Source: an uncultured virus (IMG/VR IMGVR_UViG_3300046340_000069) (taxonomy: Duplodnaviria; Heunggongvirae; Uroviricota; Caudoviricetes). Taken from it: a stretch of 60,734 nucleotides of DNA. The DNA is taken from the IMG/VR virus record IMGVR_UViG_3300046340_000069. One strand, written 5' to 3'. Below the pieces are notes generated by a model. That model did not search any database. It was not told the DNA's origin and saw only the letters and a program-made list of their open reading frames with translations. Position 1 is the stretch's first letter; every line of letters starts with the position of its first letter. Made by a program: the position numbers and the translations under genes. This document shows, piece after piece, positions 40,671-51,063 of the stretch.

Positions 40671-42527
40671 ATGAAGATCTCCCCGTTGACTAATCTCGAC
40701 TACGAAAGCATTAAAACAGATCTAAAGCTATTTTTGAAAGATAACACTACATTTAGTGATTATGACTATAATGGTTCAAATATCACTCAACTGATAAATT
40801 TGCTTGCGTATAATACATTTCTAAGTCAGTTTCAACTCAACTTAGCATTAAATGAATTATCGTTAGAAACTGCAACATTACGAGATAATGTCACAGCTAA
40901 AGCGAATGAACTCGGATACACACCTAACAACTATTCTTCAGCACTTCTAGATTTGCCACTCACGTTCACCGTTCCCGCTGGTGCAAAATTTGTAGAGATT
41001 CCATCAGGAATAATGTTTGTCGGCACTAAATCTACAGACAACATTGGTTACACATTCAATAATGTAGATAGAAAGATCTTGCCAGCAACAAATGGTAATG
41101 TAACAACTACATTAACGCTAAGTGAAGGTGTATTGCTAACAAATTCTTACATTTATGGTGAAGAAGATGCAGATCGAATCATTCTGTTCAATGACAAAAT
41201 CGACATCAACACAATTCGAGTTACATCAAATGGGATAAATTATACTAAATTTGACCGAAATAACGCTACAGATACAACATTCTATGTCTCTTTAATACAA
41301 GATCAAAACATAGAAATTCAATTTGGTGGTAATATTTTGGGAAAATCTCCGAATATTGGTGATACGGTAACAGTATCATACCTCACTAATAATGGTTCTA
41401 ATGGTAATAATATTAATCAAGGTACATTTGTAGGAAACATCAAATACTACTTTGACAACAATGCAATTGGTATAATAGTACCATTAGGAGATATTACAGT
41501 AGGAACAATTGCTGTTAGTAGTGGTGGGACAGATAGCCAGCCGCTTAAACAGATCAAATTTAATGCTAGAAATTTGTATACTGCACAGGATAGAGCAGTA
41601 GTAGCTAGTGACTATCAAGCGTTGTTGATAGAACATTTCCCTTTTATCAACTCAGTGATGGTCATTGGTGGAGAAACATTAGTACCACCAAGATACGGTC
41701 ATGTGAAGCTAATTATACAAAATAAAGATGGAAATAAGCTGAATCAAGTACAGAAAAACAATATATTACAATTTTTGAAGCGATACAACTTAACAAATAT
41801 AATCATCATAGAGGACGCAAAGTATACCAAATTGAAGATCCGATCTTATATCAAATATGATCTGAAGAAATTGCCTACTTATATCGATAAACTAATAGAA
41901 AAAATTAGTACTGCAATAAACGATTACGTCGCCACAGAAGACTTTGCTAATGGTTTTTATGGTAATAGGTTAGAATCAATCATTTATAATTTGGACAAAT
42001 CCATCCTATCGGCAAAAATTAAACTAGTGCTAGTGGATGAGTTGAGTAGTAATAATGGTAATTATAAGGGAAATATTGGCAACAAGATTAAATCAGATAA
42101 CTGCAAATTATTTTCCCTGATGAGTAAATCCTATAATCAGAATGGGACAAACTATAGAATTGTGTCTGTAGGAGATAGTGGAATAGTAGAGAAGCAGAAG
42201 TATACATCGGATGGGGATGTATATTCTTGGAATATGGATTCCAATGTAGGTACGATAGATCCTAAAACTGGCGAATTTGATCTAAATGTGGATACTAACG
42301 ATCTAACTATTGTGACTATACCAGATACGCTAGACATAGATAATACTGGGGGTATATTAGTGCCAGTAGTATTGCCCCCAGTGGTGTCTGTTGATGATAT
42401 TGTAATCATTGATGATATTTCCATAGAGGAAGAAGTAGTCGATCCAGTAGTGATAGATGTGGTAACGCCAATCGATACGGTAGTGATTAGCGATATTATT
42501 CCAATTTTGTCCAATATTGTTTGTTAA
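40671..42527 (+). CDS. gp6: Baseplate wedge subunit gp6
   Basis: LDYESIK..FSDYDYNGSN..LLAYNT..ATLRDNV; QDRAVVASDY. Confidence 0.92.
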   Translation: MKISPLTNLDYESIKTDLKLFLKDNTTFSDYDYNGSNITQLINLLAYNTFLSQFQLNLALNELSLETATLRDNVTAKANELGYTPNNYSSALLDLPLTFTVPAGAKFVEIPSGIMFVGTKSTDNIGYTFNNVDRKILPATNGNVTTTLTLSEGVLLTNSYIYGEEDADRIILFNDKIDINTIRVTSNGINYTKFDRNNATDTTFYVSLIQDQNIEIQFGGNILGKSPNIGDTVTVSYLTNNGSNGNNINQGTFVGNIKYYFDNNAIGIIVPLGDITVGTIAVSSGGTDSQPLKQIKFNARNLYTAQDRAVVASDYQALLIEHFPFINSVMVIGGETLVPPRYGHVKLIIQNKDGNKLNQVQKNNILQFLKRYNLTNIIIIEDAKYTKLKIRSYIKYDLKKLPTYIDKLIEKISTAINDYVATEDFANGFYGNRLESIIYNLDKSILSAKIKLVLVDELSSNNGNYKGNIGNKIKSDNCKLFSLMSKSYNQNGTNYRIVSVGDSGIVEKQKYTSDGDVYSWNMDSNVGTIDPKTGEFDLNVDTNDLTIVTIPDTLDIDNTGGILVPVVLPPVVSVDDIVIIDDISIEEEVVDPVVIDVVTPIDTVVISDIIPILSNIVC

Positions 42528-42589
42528 TAAGTCGTTTGTCCATAAAAAATAATAGTAATGACAACATTACTATTATAACATAAATATTT

Positions 42590-43015
42590 TTATATATCAG
42601 ATTTCTTATTTATAAATTTTAATAACTGCGCCGTACTTCCAACGAAAATACTATTATTAGTAGTATTGTTAGTATTGCCGCCATTCAATCCTTTGACCTT
42701 TTTGACTTCATTCGCCAATTTGATCAAAGATAAATTCAGTTCAACCGCCTCTCTCACCAACCCACCAGCGACTTCATATGCGCGGGGAGTTTCTGATGCT
42801 TGGGCGACATCTATTGCATTGTCGATCAATCCGTTTAGTTTTTCTGAAAGAGCATGTAAATTGCTTCTGGTACGAACATAATCTACATCTAGATTAGTAT
42901 TTATAGATGTGTCACCAATAGTAGTAGTAATAGGTTCGGCATCTACAACCTCTACTGGGGTAATAGACACATTTTCTATGTCCAATGATTCTGTAAGTTT
43001 ATCAAATATTGACAT
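42590..43015 (-). CDS. gp16: Small terminase gp16
   Basis: DY..RSNL..SETPRAYEVAG..TTNNSIFVGSTAQL. Confidence 0.9.
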   Translation of the reverse strand: MSIFDKLTESLDIENVSITPVEVVDAEPITTTIGDTSINTNLDVDYVRTRSNLHALSEKLNGLIDNAIDVAQASETPRAYEVAGGLVREAVELNLSLIKLANEVKKVKGLNGGNTNNTTNNSIFVGSTAQLLKFINKKSDI

Positions 43016-43205
43016 TTTATTTTTTTTTGAATCTGACTATATTTATATCAAATTGTTACATGTTTCCATGTTCTGCCGACTGTGATTCCAATCACTACCG
43101 CGACCGCGGTAGTAGTATCAAATTATTCAAATATGCTAATTAAAATCATTTTGGATATATCATTGGTGACAGCTGCTTTGCAGCATTTCTCACCAATGAT
43201 ATGCC

Positions 43206-45521
43206 TCATACATCAATTATACTGATACTCACTGGGTCAGGAGTAGCTATTAAATAATTATTACCAGAAACCAAAGTAAGAGTAACCGTCTTATTACCTT
43301 CTACAAAAGCACCAGTAATAGGAGTAATTATTAATTCTGTGGTAAGAATATTATTATTATCAAATGTAATAACTGTGTCAACTAATTCATAATCAATACC
43401 ATTAACCGCAATACCACCTAATATATAATTAACGCTCATAATACTAGTATTACCATCAGTCCTCGTAAAAGTAAATCCAGTGTTATTAGCATTAGCAACC
43501 ACACTAACATCAGTAGGATCAATAATAGTCATAATAAATATGTCTGGTGTAAGTATTTCGTATCCACCTCCAGCAACTAATGTAATAGTAACTGTCTCAG
43601 AACCATCATTAAGCGCATCAAGAATAGGACGTATAGTTATAAAGGCATATTCAGAACCACGAGTAAATGTGACGGTATTATCCAGTAATTCATAATCAAC
43701 ACCATTAACCGCAGTACCACCTAATGTGTAATTAATAGTTAGAGGATTAGTATTGGAACCAGTTCTTTGTAATGTGAACGTCCCAATGAAGTCATCATTT
43801 TCCACAACAACAGGAAAATTAGCTGCATTCATAATCACACCAGCAAGAGAATCGTTAAGATTAATAGTAACGGGATTAGGAGTAATAACGGTATATTCGC
43901 TACTGCCTAGCACAGTTAATTGAATATTTTCAGTTGGTTCTGCTACGTTATCAATAGTAGGATCAATTATTAATTCAGCAGTGGCAGAACCAGCAGCAAT
44001 TATGACAGAAGAATTAATTACTGTATAATCAACCCCATCAGTAGCAGTACCACCTAATGTGTAATTAATAGTTAAAGGATTAGTAGTGGAACCACTTCTT
44101 GTGAATGTATATGTAGCATTTACTACTTCATTTTCAACAATGCTCGTAGTACTAGCAACAGTGGTGATTTCAGGAAGTGCAGTAGTACTATCTAAAATAT
44201 TAATACTTACCGGATCGGGAGTAATAGACACATATCCACTACCATCGACTAATGTAATAGAAACGGTTTCCGTTGCTTCGCTGTCTGCATCCACAATAGG
44301 AACGATTACCAAAGTAGAAGTAGCAGAATTGGCACCAAAAATAATAGAATTACCTACCGCAACATAATCTGCACTAGTGGTAGCAGTACCACCCAATATA
44401 TAATTAACCGTCAATGGATTAGTAATATCGCCATTTCTTGTAAATGTATATACGGAATTGGTGTTTCCATCTTCAGTGATATTAGTATTAGTCGCAAATA
44501 AACTAACATCAACGGGAATAGTATTACTTAATAAATTAATAATTACCGGATTAATACTAATAGAAATATATCCGCTACCATTTATTAAATTTAATGATAT
44601 TGTTTCTGTTTCCTCTTCAACATTATCAACAATAGGATTGATTACTAGTGTGGTGGTAGAAGAATTGGTAGCAAATATAGCTGAGGTACTAATTAATTCA
44701 TAATCAACACCATTAACCGCAGTACCACCTAATGTGTAATTAATAGTTAGAGGATTAGCAGTGGAACCACTTCTTGTGAATGTATATGTAGCATTTAATA
44801 CTTCATTTTCAACAATAGTTGCCGTAGATGCAGTAACACTAACCTGAATATTACTTACCAACTCAAAATTAATAATATTTACAACAACTGGATTAACAGT
44901 ATTTTTAATATATTCTGTATCATCAAGTAATTCTACAGAAATCGTTTCTGTAAATTCTACAATATTATCAGAAGTAGGATCGATTATCAGGGTGGCAGTA
45001 TCAGATCCCGCAGGTATTATAATATTATCAGGTAATAACGCATAATCAAAACCATTAGTACAAGAACCGCTTAATATATAATTTACCACCAAGTCATAAT
45101 TGTTATACCCAGTTCTAGTAAATGTATATACTAGATTGGTAGCACTATTTTCATCAGCAGTAGAAATAGTGGCAGATACACTGACCCCGACATCTTTAAT
45201 TATATTTACTATAATTGGGGTAATAGTATCTACAGCATAATCAGCACTATCCACTAATGTTAAAGAAATAGCCTCATACAATTGAGTAAGATTAGTTGTG
45301 CGAGGATTAATAGTTAATGTAGTAGTATTAGATCCGGCGGGGATGACGATGGGAATTTTGGCAGAAATCGCACCAACATTATTACTATCAGTAAATCTAT
45401 AAAAAATAGTCAATGGATTGTCTGTACTACCAGTTCTAATAAATGTAAATTCGATATAATGTATAGTATTTACCGAATTATAAACTCTAACTCTAGTATC
45501 ATCAGAAATTAATATTGGCAT
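43206..45521 (-). CDS. Calx-beta repeat protein (~7 Ig-like repeats), probable virion surface or adhesion protein
   Basis: Repeats YTFTRSG..PLTINYTLGGTA..G.DY...D...E..ET; ctaaata late-type motif upstream. Confidence 0.8.
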   Translation of the reverse strand: MPILISDDTRVRVYNSVNTIHYIEFTFIRTGSTDNPLTIFYRFTDSNNVGAISAKIPIVIPAGSNTTTLTINPRTTNLTQLYEAISLTLVDSADYAVDTITPIIVNIIKDVGVSVSATISTADENSATNLVYTFTRTGYNNYDLVVNYILSGSCTNGFDYALLPDNIIIPAGSDTATLIIDPTSDNIVEFTETISVELLDDTEYIKNTVNPVVVNIINFELVSNIQVSVTASTATIVENEVLNATYTFTRSGSTANPLTINYTLGGTAVNGVDYELISTSAIFATNSSTTTLVINPIVDNVEEETETISLNLINGSGYISISINPVIINLLSNTIPVDVSLFATNTNITEDGNTNSVYTFTRNGDITNPLTVNYILGGTATTSADYVAVGNSIIFGANSATSTLVIVPIVDADSEATETVSITLVDGSGYVSITPDPVSINILDSTTALPEITTVASTTSIVENEVVNATYTFTRSGSTTNPLTINYTLGGTATDGVDYTVINSSVIIAAGSATAELIIDPTIDNVAEPTENIQLTVLGSSEYTVITPNPVTINLNDSLAGVIMNAANFPVVVENDDFIGTFTLQRTGSNTNPLTINYTLGGTAVNGVDYELLDNTVTFTRGSEYAFITIRPILDALNDGSETVTITLVAGGGYEILTPDIFIMTIIDPTDVSVVANANNTGFTFTRTDGNTSIMSVNYILGGIAVNGIDYELVDTVITFDNNNILTTELIITPITGAFVEGNKTVTLTLVSGNNYLIATPDPVSISIIDV

Positions 45522-45556
45522 AAAATTATTAAATTTAATATTTATATTTAGTTCAG

Positions 45557-46354
45557 CTAATTTATTGCCAATGCGAATCCAAAATCACTAGTAGCAGTTA
45601 ATAAATTATTATCTAATTGATTTATTGCCCCATCATTATTCAGATCGGTCTTAGCTACTGGCGTTACTACTAATGTAGATGCAGGCACGACACTATTATT
45701 GACTGTATTTATATTTACGGTTACATGTTTAATCAACTTATTACTGTTATCAGTAATTGCTCCAAATATATTACCACTAGCCGTAAATCTTAATGTATAT
45801 ATAATTTCTCTAGTGGAATCCATATAATTCCCCGCATAACTATCACTATAATTAATATTATTCAGGGTGATTGGTACTTCTGTACTTGGGAATCCTGCCG
45901 TACTGACTATATTTATAGTGAATGTGGGAGTAAAGTATGGTAATATTTGTTCGACTATTTGTAGAACATCATCATTAGAAATAGTGAGTATATTGACTTC
46001 AAAATCTAAATTGTAGGGCACTGGTACTAAAGTTGAGGACTTCCCATCAATACTGCAATTGTAGAGTTTGTTTAAGGTATTCAGTTTTCGTTCTGGATCG
46101 TATTGGAGCGAGATCATCTCAAAAACGATCTGAGGATACTTCATTCCAATCAAAGTAGTATCTTCCAGATCTGGTACTTCTAGTGCCCTCGCTAGAAGGC
46201 GGTCTCTGTTCGAGTAGTGGATCGGGACTTTGATAGTTTGGATCAATGTGTTGGTCTTGTCATATCTTCGTAATTCAATGTTCGAGAATAGAGTGCCGAA
46301 TGCTATAATAATTCGTTTAATTGATTCGTTATAAAACCATCTATTTCCTAACAT
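45557..46354 (-). CDS. gp15: Tail completion / sheath stabilizer gp15
   Basis: FYNESIKR.IIAFGTLF..VPVPYN..QIVEQILPYFTP. Confidence 0.92.
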   Translation of the reverse strand: MLGNRWFYNESIKRIIIAFGTLFSNIELRRYDKTNTLIQTIKVPIHYSNRDRLLARALEVPDLEDTTLIGMKYPQIVFEMISLQYDPERKLNTLNKLYNCSIDGKSSTLVPVPYNLDFEVNILTISNDDVLQIVEQILPYFTPTFTINIVSTAGFPSTEVPITLNNINYSDSYAGNYMDSTREIIYTLRFTASGNIFGAITDNSNKLIKHVTVNINTVNNSVVPASTLVVTPVAKTDLNNDGAINQLDNNLLTATSDFGFALAIN

Positions 46355-46421
46355 TTTTATATTTTGATACTTGTATTCATATTTAGAGTTATGGTGCGTT
46401 GTGGGGCATCCTAGACCTCTC

Positions 46422-46685
46422 TCAGAGCAGAATAGGTTTACCCCATGTTGCTTGATTCTCTAGATGTGCTTCAATTAATTGATTTTGACATACCTCCCTG
46501 TGCTAAAGCATCGCTTCGCTCAGGGATTCCTCTGCGTTTCTCAGAACAATTGCTATCTAATTACCCCGTAAGGGGTTTTTACCCAAATCTCCGATAAACT
46601 ATCTTTTTATTAGCATTTTTTTATATACATTATGATTAGGTTGATCGAACTGCCAAAGATTTAATATTTTACAGAAATGAATCAT
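46422..46685 (-). pseudogene. Collapsed HNH family copy carrying a mini-IS insertion
   Basis: MIHFCKILNLWQFDQP... N-terminus joined to NQLIEAHLENQATW C-terminus. Confidence 0.8.
46485..46593 (-). mobile_element. 109-bp non-autonomous derivative of the tnpB element (left end + omegaRNA right end)
   Basis: Matches 1522-1541 and ~2769-2860; preceded by TTAT, ends GTCAA. Confidence 0.9.
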
Positions 46686-46727
46686 AATTTGCTAATATAA
46701 AGTATATAATCATTATAACACAAAAAA

Positions 46728-47588
46728 TTAAAAGTTATTCATAAAATTACTTGTCACGATTTTGCCTAAAGCATTGACTTCGCTCTGATCTACAATAGTA
46801 TCTGCCTTCTTCTCTAGTAAATCATTTATATCCATCAAAATATTAGTATCATCAGTGGTCTTAAATTTGGCAATACTCCAGACAGTAGAACCACTAATTA
46901 TAGGTAAAATCTCATTCACCGCACCATTCATATCAATTAATTTCAATTCTCTAGTGACTATATTCCAGTCAACTACCTTACCATTAACAGTTCCATTATT
47001 TGCCGCTTCGCCAATAATAAAATCACCAACTCCAGCATCTAATGTGATAGTAAGTGCAGTGCTAAACCCGTTTGCTTCTCGTTCCACAATGTCAGTATTA
47101 ATACGTTGATTGCTATATTTGTAAGCTTCACAACTTAATTTGTACGTTTGTATCTTACCGAACTGTCTATAGGGGTTCTCTTCTTCAACAAACTTTATTT
47201 GAAACAGTTCTCTAGAAACGATAGAATATATAAGATCCCCTTCCAATGGTCTGGTTAGTGATGAAAGATTGTTGTCCAATACCACTTGCTCAAACTTAGT
47301 TTTAGAGATGGTGTATATTGCTTCATCCTTAACTTCTATCCCAAACTTACCAAAAATGTTAGCTTGATTCCCAAACCCAGAGTTTTGATTGTCCATATAT
47401 GCTTCTAATAAAAAAGATTCCGTGTATTTGGACAGAATATCCTCACCAAATAAAGTATCAAAATTGACAATTGTGCGAGGAAGATATAGAATGTCCTCAC
47501 CCATGATATAGATGGATTCAGTGATGATGTTTTCATATAATCTCTGCTCATTTTCCGAAGAATTTCTAAAGTACGGTGATTTAGCCAT
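46728..47588 (-). CDS. gp14: Neck protein gp14
   Basis: EQRLYENIITESI..YLPR..FGED..KFG..RPLEGDLIY..FQIKFVE. Confidence 0.92.
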   Translation of the reverse strand: MAKSPYFRNSSENEQRLYENIITESIYIMGEDILYLPRTIVNFDTLFGEDILSKYTESFLLEAYMDNQNSGFGNQANIFGKFGIEVKDEAIYTISKTKFEQVVLDNNLSSLTRPLEGDLIYSIVSRELFQIKFVEEENPYRQFGKIQTYKLSCEAYKYSNQRINTDIVEREANGFSTALTITLDAGVGDFIIGEAANNGTVNGKVVDWNIVTRELKLIDMNGAVNEILPIISGSTVWSIAKFKTTDDTNILMDINDLLEKKADTIVDQSEVNALGKIVTSNFMNNF

Positions 47589-47656
47589 TGTAACCCCAAA
47601 TATTGGTATTAATATTTATAAAAAAACTCCCCATTATTAACAGGGAGTTATTAAAT

Positions 47657-47806
47657 TTAATAATTATATTCTTCCAAAGTTTGTCTAGCTGCATCTTCTG
47701 CGGTTAACCCATTATTAATTAAATACCTGCGGCGCGATACTAGTTTACAAATCATTTGCTTATCGTTTTTTATACTAAAAATCAGTGTTTTTAATTTGGT
47801 GTCCAT
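47657..47806 (-). CDS. Small hypothetical protein (49 aa, not in the ORF track)
   Basis: MDTKLKTLIF...TLEEYNY*; start overlaps the upstream stop. Confidence 0.45.
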   Translation of the reverse strand: MDTKLKTLIFSIKNDKQMICKLVSRRRYLINNGLTAEDAARQTLEEYNY

Positions 47807-48198
47807 TATAGTTTATGTAGTGATGTGAACATAGTTTCTCCAGCAATTGATAACTCTAATAAAAATTCGGAAACAGTTGGCAATTTTGATAAATTATTAA
47901 GGTAGTATTCAACTTTGTTGAATATAAAATCAAAATCTGCATCGTCTGATATTAATACAGTTTCTGCTGACCAATCACCATCATCAATGTTATTAATAGT
48001 CACATTAACTGCCGCACCATTTTGTTTAATATTTTTTACATATTTTATAGACTGACGTAATTTGATCGATAGTAATCCACTATCATAATCAAACATTGGA
48101 AAATCACCAGTGGGTATATAACGAATGAGGTTATATTTAGACATTTCTCGAAATTTAAAATATTCTCGATAGACTGCGGACAAACTTTTATAGTTCAT
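47806..48198 (-). CDS. Hypothetical protein
   Basis: 130-aa ORF; no IscB PLMP or RRXRR motifs. Confidence 0.65.
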   Translation of the reverse strand: MNYKSLSAVYREYFKFREMSKYNLIRYIPTGDFPMFDYDSGLLSIKLRQSIKYVKNIKQNGAAVNVTINNIDDGDWSAETVLISDDADFDFIFNKVEYYLNNLSKLPTVSEFLLELSIAGETMFTSLHKL

Positions 48199-48224
48199 TG
48201 TTATTAATATTTGAATGACCCGTA

Positions 48225-48447
48225 CTTACTAATAAAGTTACAAGTTCCTTAGACCAACATATCCAAGATGTCCTATTTAATAGAATCTAAACAATTAGAT
48301 TTATAGAGGTACAGCCTAGGAAAATATCTGAACGTATGTGCCAGGATATGTATTGTAGATGTGGTCAGACCACAAATGATCTAGACAAGACTTGAGTTAG
48401 ATATATTGTTATACCCAAGCCACGGGGTTAACCCCGTGGTTCTTGAC
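48225..48447 (-). ncRNA. Orphan IscB/IsrB-type omegaRNA (HEARO-like); 3' end approximate
   Basis: Minus strand begins GTCAAGAACCACGGGGTTAACCCCGTGGCTTG, then cttgtctaga, ttcctag..acctcta, aggacatc..gatatgttggtctaaggaact, resembling the cyanobacterial IscB omegaRNA layout. Confidence 0.7.
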
Positions 48448-48526
48448 AATTAATCTTTCGCTACTTATATATTATGACACCATCTCCATAAAATGGTTAT
48501 CCGCCATTTGGCGGATAACCAATACA

Positions 48527-51013
48527 CTAGAACAGCAAATCTTCTAGTGTATTGGATTCAGTTAATTCCCATCCTACAACATTTAGAACGCCCTCTAGGG
48601 GAGTTAAGAAACATTTCTCTAGCATTAAGTCGTGATCCACATACTGCTCTAACCCCATTTCTGGCGGTATGCTGCCAAAAAAGGCAATAATATTCTCGTG
48701 GATGGGATTGGGCATCTTTAGATATACCGTTTTAATTTTATCACCATTTTTGATTAATTGATATTTTTTTTCCAAATTATTAACAAGAATATATCCATTA
48801 TATACAATTGCAGACCTTGCACCAATAGGTGTCCCTTTTATGTATCCATTACTATACGGATCCGTATACTTGTTCACATCAGACACTCCACGCGCAACAC
48901 CAATTTCGGCAGAAGTTAGCTTTTTGCTATCAGACCGTACCCGATCTACATATTCAATCAATTCTGAATTATTAGAATTGATGATAACAGAATATGCAGA
49001 GTTCAACTTATCTCGAAAACACTTAGGAGTAGACGAACGTACTACTTCTAATCCAACTACCTTTAATTTTGGTTCTTTGTAGCGCACCCCTTCTGCATCA
49101 TAAACATTAGATATGTATCGTTTTTTACCAGTAATCAAGAATTTACTAGAAATCGTGTCCCGAACCATCGTAAGACACTGCTTATACACATGCAAATATT
49201 CTCCCAGTTCGTCATATATTTCTGATATCTTTGGACTGATAATAGCTTGACAATATTCGTCCAAATAATCAACTATTTGCTCATTATTCATACCTTCACA
49301 TTTAGCCAATACTAAATCGTTAAAATCAATAAACATAGAATCTGTATCGTTAGCAATAATACGGTCTTTACTCTTGCCTACTAGTTCAGAAATAAATATG
49401 TTAATTCTGTCACTCGCGCAACGAATAGCGACTTGTCCAGTATGCGTAATTGAAGTAGCGTTTGCTAAGTTATAATACCTGAAATATGGCGATCCTAGAA
49501 CACCATAAGCACTATTCATGGCAATTTTTTTGGCAAGCTGTATGTTATTGTAGGTAGATATATCTATCGCTAATTGCTCGGTAGGATTAATTTGATATTC
49601 CTTTTCTGCTTCTTTTTGTAATTTTTTATAATGTTTTCGTTCACTATAGTACTTTGACATTAGTTGAGATAACATACCTTCACTAGTACGATCATACAAC
49701 GTACCAGAAGGAGAAATACAATAATCGGTGTATCGAGAGAAGTCTAAACTTTCATTCAATACCTTTTCTATTGTTATTTGTGGGTCAAATCCTCGTATAG
49801 TCTCTGGGGAGATATTAAGCAGTTGGATAATGTGAGGATACAGAGATGCCAAATCGAATGACACAACCCAACTATACATACCAGGGTTAGGTTCTTTGAC
49901 AAATGCACCATCAAATTTGTCATCTTTGGTATTATAAGCTTTAGAAGGAACTACTATATTTCTTTCTTTGAGGTAATTATAGATAATATTATCCCAGCAA
50001 CATACTTGAGAATATACATCAGAGAAATTAATTTTGGCATCATATGATACTACTAATGCTAAGTCTAGTAGACCCATCTTTTCTTCTAATCGCCGGAGTA
50101 ATCGTACATCTTGTAAATTATAAGAAGTAAATTTGAAAATGTTTTCAGTGTAGAATGAAATCCAACTACCATACTCGCTATGATCTAACTTTTCTGCCCC
50201 CAATTCCACATTAGCAATATGATCCAATGAATAACTTTCTTGATTCTTATATGTAAACTTTTTGTAAAGCTGCATATAATCTAAGTGAGATACCCCTACG
50301 ATCTCATACACAGTATATTCATTACCAAAATCATAATCCTTTTTAGTATGAATCCTACCCCAAGGTGACAACTTCTTGCTATATGATTCACCCAAGACTA
50401 GATTGATTCGATTAATTATATAGGGAATATCAAATTTTATACCATTCCAACTAGAAAGAACATCTGGATAATTATCTTTCCAATAATTAAGAAACCCAAT
50501 CAGCATATCAGGTTCAGTGCTATATTGGTGATACACCGTATCTACTTCTTCTAAAGTTATATCTGCAATACCATACACATTGTATATCTTTGTATATGAA
50601 TCGTATAAAGTAAGACAAATTATACTCTCTTGTGGATCGTTTACATTGGGAAATCCATATTCGCTGGTAGTTTCGATATCCAAATAGAACTTCCTGACCA
50701 GTTCATTATTAAATTTAATAATTTCTGGAAACTTTTCTGATAACCATATATAGTTAAATTTCTCATAACCATACACTTTGAAATCAGTTACATACTCGTA
50801 CTCCTTAATAAAATCCTTTGCTTCTTTGACGGTATTGAAGGATTTTGGTGATACAAATTCGCCAGATAAAGTTTTATAATCAGTGGGAGTATTTGATTTT
50901 AGATATAAAGATGGGGAAATTGGTTCTTTGAATTGAACCCTTTTCCCATCCTGATACCCAATATAATATATAATATTTCCGAAAAGTTTGCAGCTAACAT
51001 ACTGTGCAGACAT
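48527..51013 (-). CDS. gp43: Family B DNA polymerase gp43
   Basis: LDIETT exonuclease, WNG..FDIPY, SFDLASLYP, KIAMNSAYG, NDTDS, KKRY. Confidence 0.97.
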   Translation of the reverse strand: MSAQYVSCKLFGNIIYYIGYQDGKRVQFKEPISPSLYLKSNTPTDYKTLSGEFVSPKSFNTVKEAKDFIKEYEYVTDFKVYGYEKFNYIWLSEKFPEIIKFNNELVRKFYLDIETTSEYGFPNVNDPQESIICLTLYDSYTKIYNVYGIADITLEEVDTVYHQYSTEPDMLIGFLNYWKDNYPDVLSSWNGIKFDIPYIINRINLVLGESYSKKLSPWGRIHTKKDYDFGNEYTVYEIVGVSHLDYMQLYKKFTYKNQESYSLDHIANVELGAEKLDHSEYGSWISFYTENIFKFTSYNLQDVRLLRRLEEKMGLLDLALVVSYDAKINFSDVYSQVCCWDNIIYNYLKERNIVVPSKAYNTKDDKFDGAFVKEPNPGMYSWVVSFDLASLYPHIIQLLNISPETIRGFDPQITIEKVLNESLDFSRYTDYCISPSGTLYDRTSEGMLSQLMSKYYSERKHYKKLQKEAEKEYQINPTEQLAIDISTYNNIQLAKKIAMNSAYGVLGSPYFRYYNLANATSITHTGQVAIRCASDRINIFISELVGKSKDRIIANDTDSMFIDFNDLVLAKCEGMNNEQIVDYLDEYCQAIISPKISEIYDELGEYLHVYKQCLTMVRDTISSKFLITGKKRYISNVYDAEGVRYKEPKLKVVGLEVVRSSTPKCFRDKLNSAYSVIINSNNSELIEYVDRVRSDSKKLTSAEIGVARGVSDVNKYTDPYSNGYIKGTPIGARSAIVYNGYILVNNLEKKYQLIKNGDKIKTVYLKMPNPIHENIIAFFGSIPPEMGLEQYVDHDLMLEKCFLTPLEGVLNVVGWELTESNTLEDLLF

Positions 51014-51063
51014 GTTTCAATTTCCTTATTTTAATACTATCGTATCACTAAAATTAATTATTG

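Noticed and set aside
47806..48198. ORF downstream of the omegaRNA as IscB/IsrB
   Set aside because: Only 130 aa and lacks PLMP, the Arg-rich helix and RuvC/HNH motifs.
48527..51013. Intein or split in the DNA polymerase
   Set aside because: Continuous 828-aa gp43 with normal motif order.
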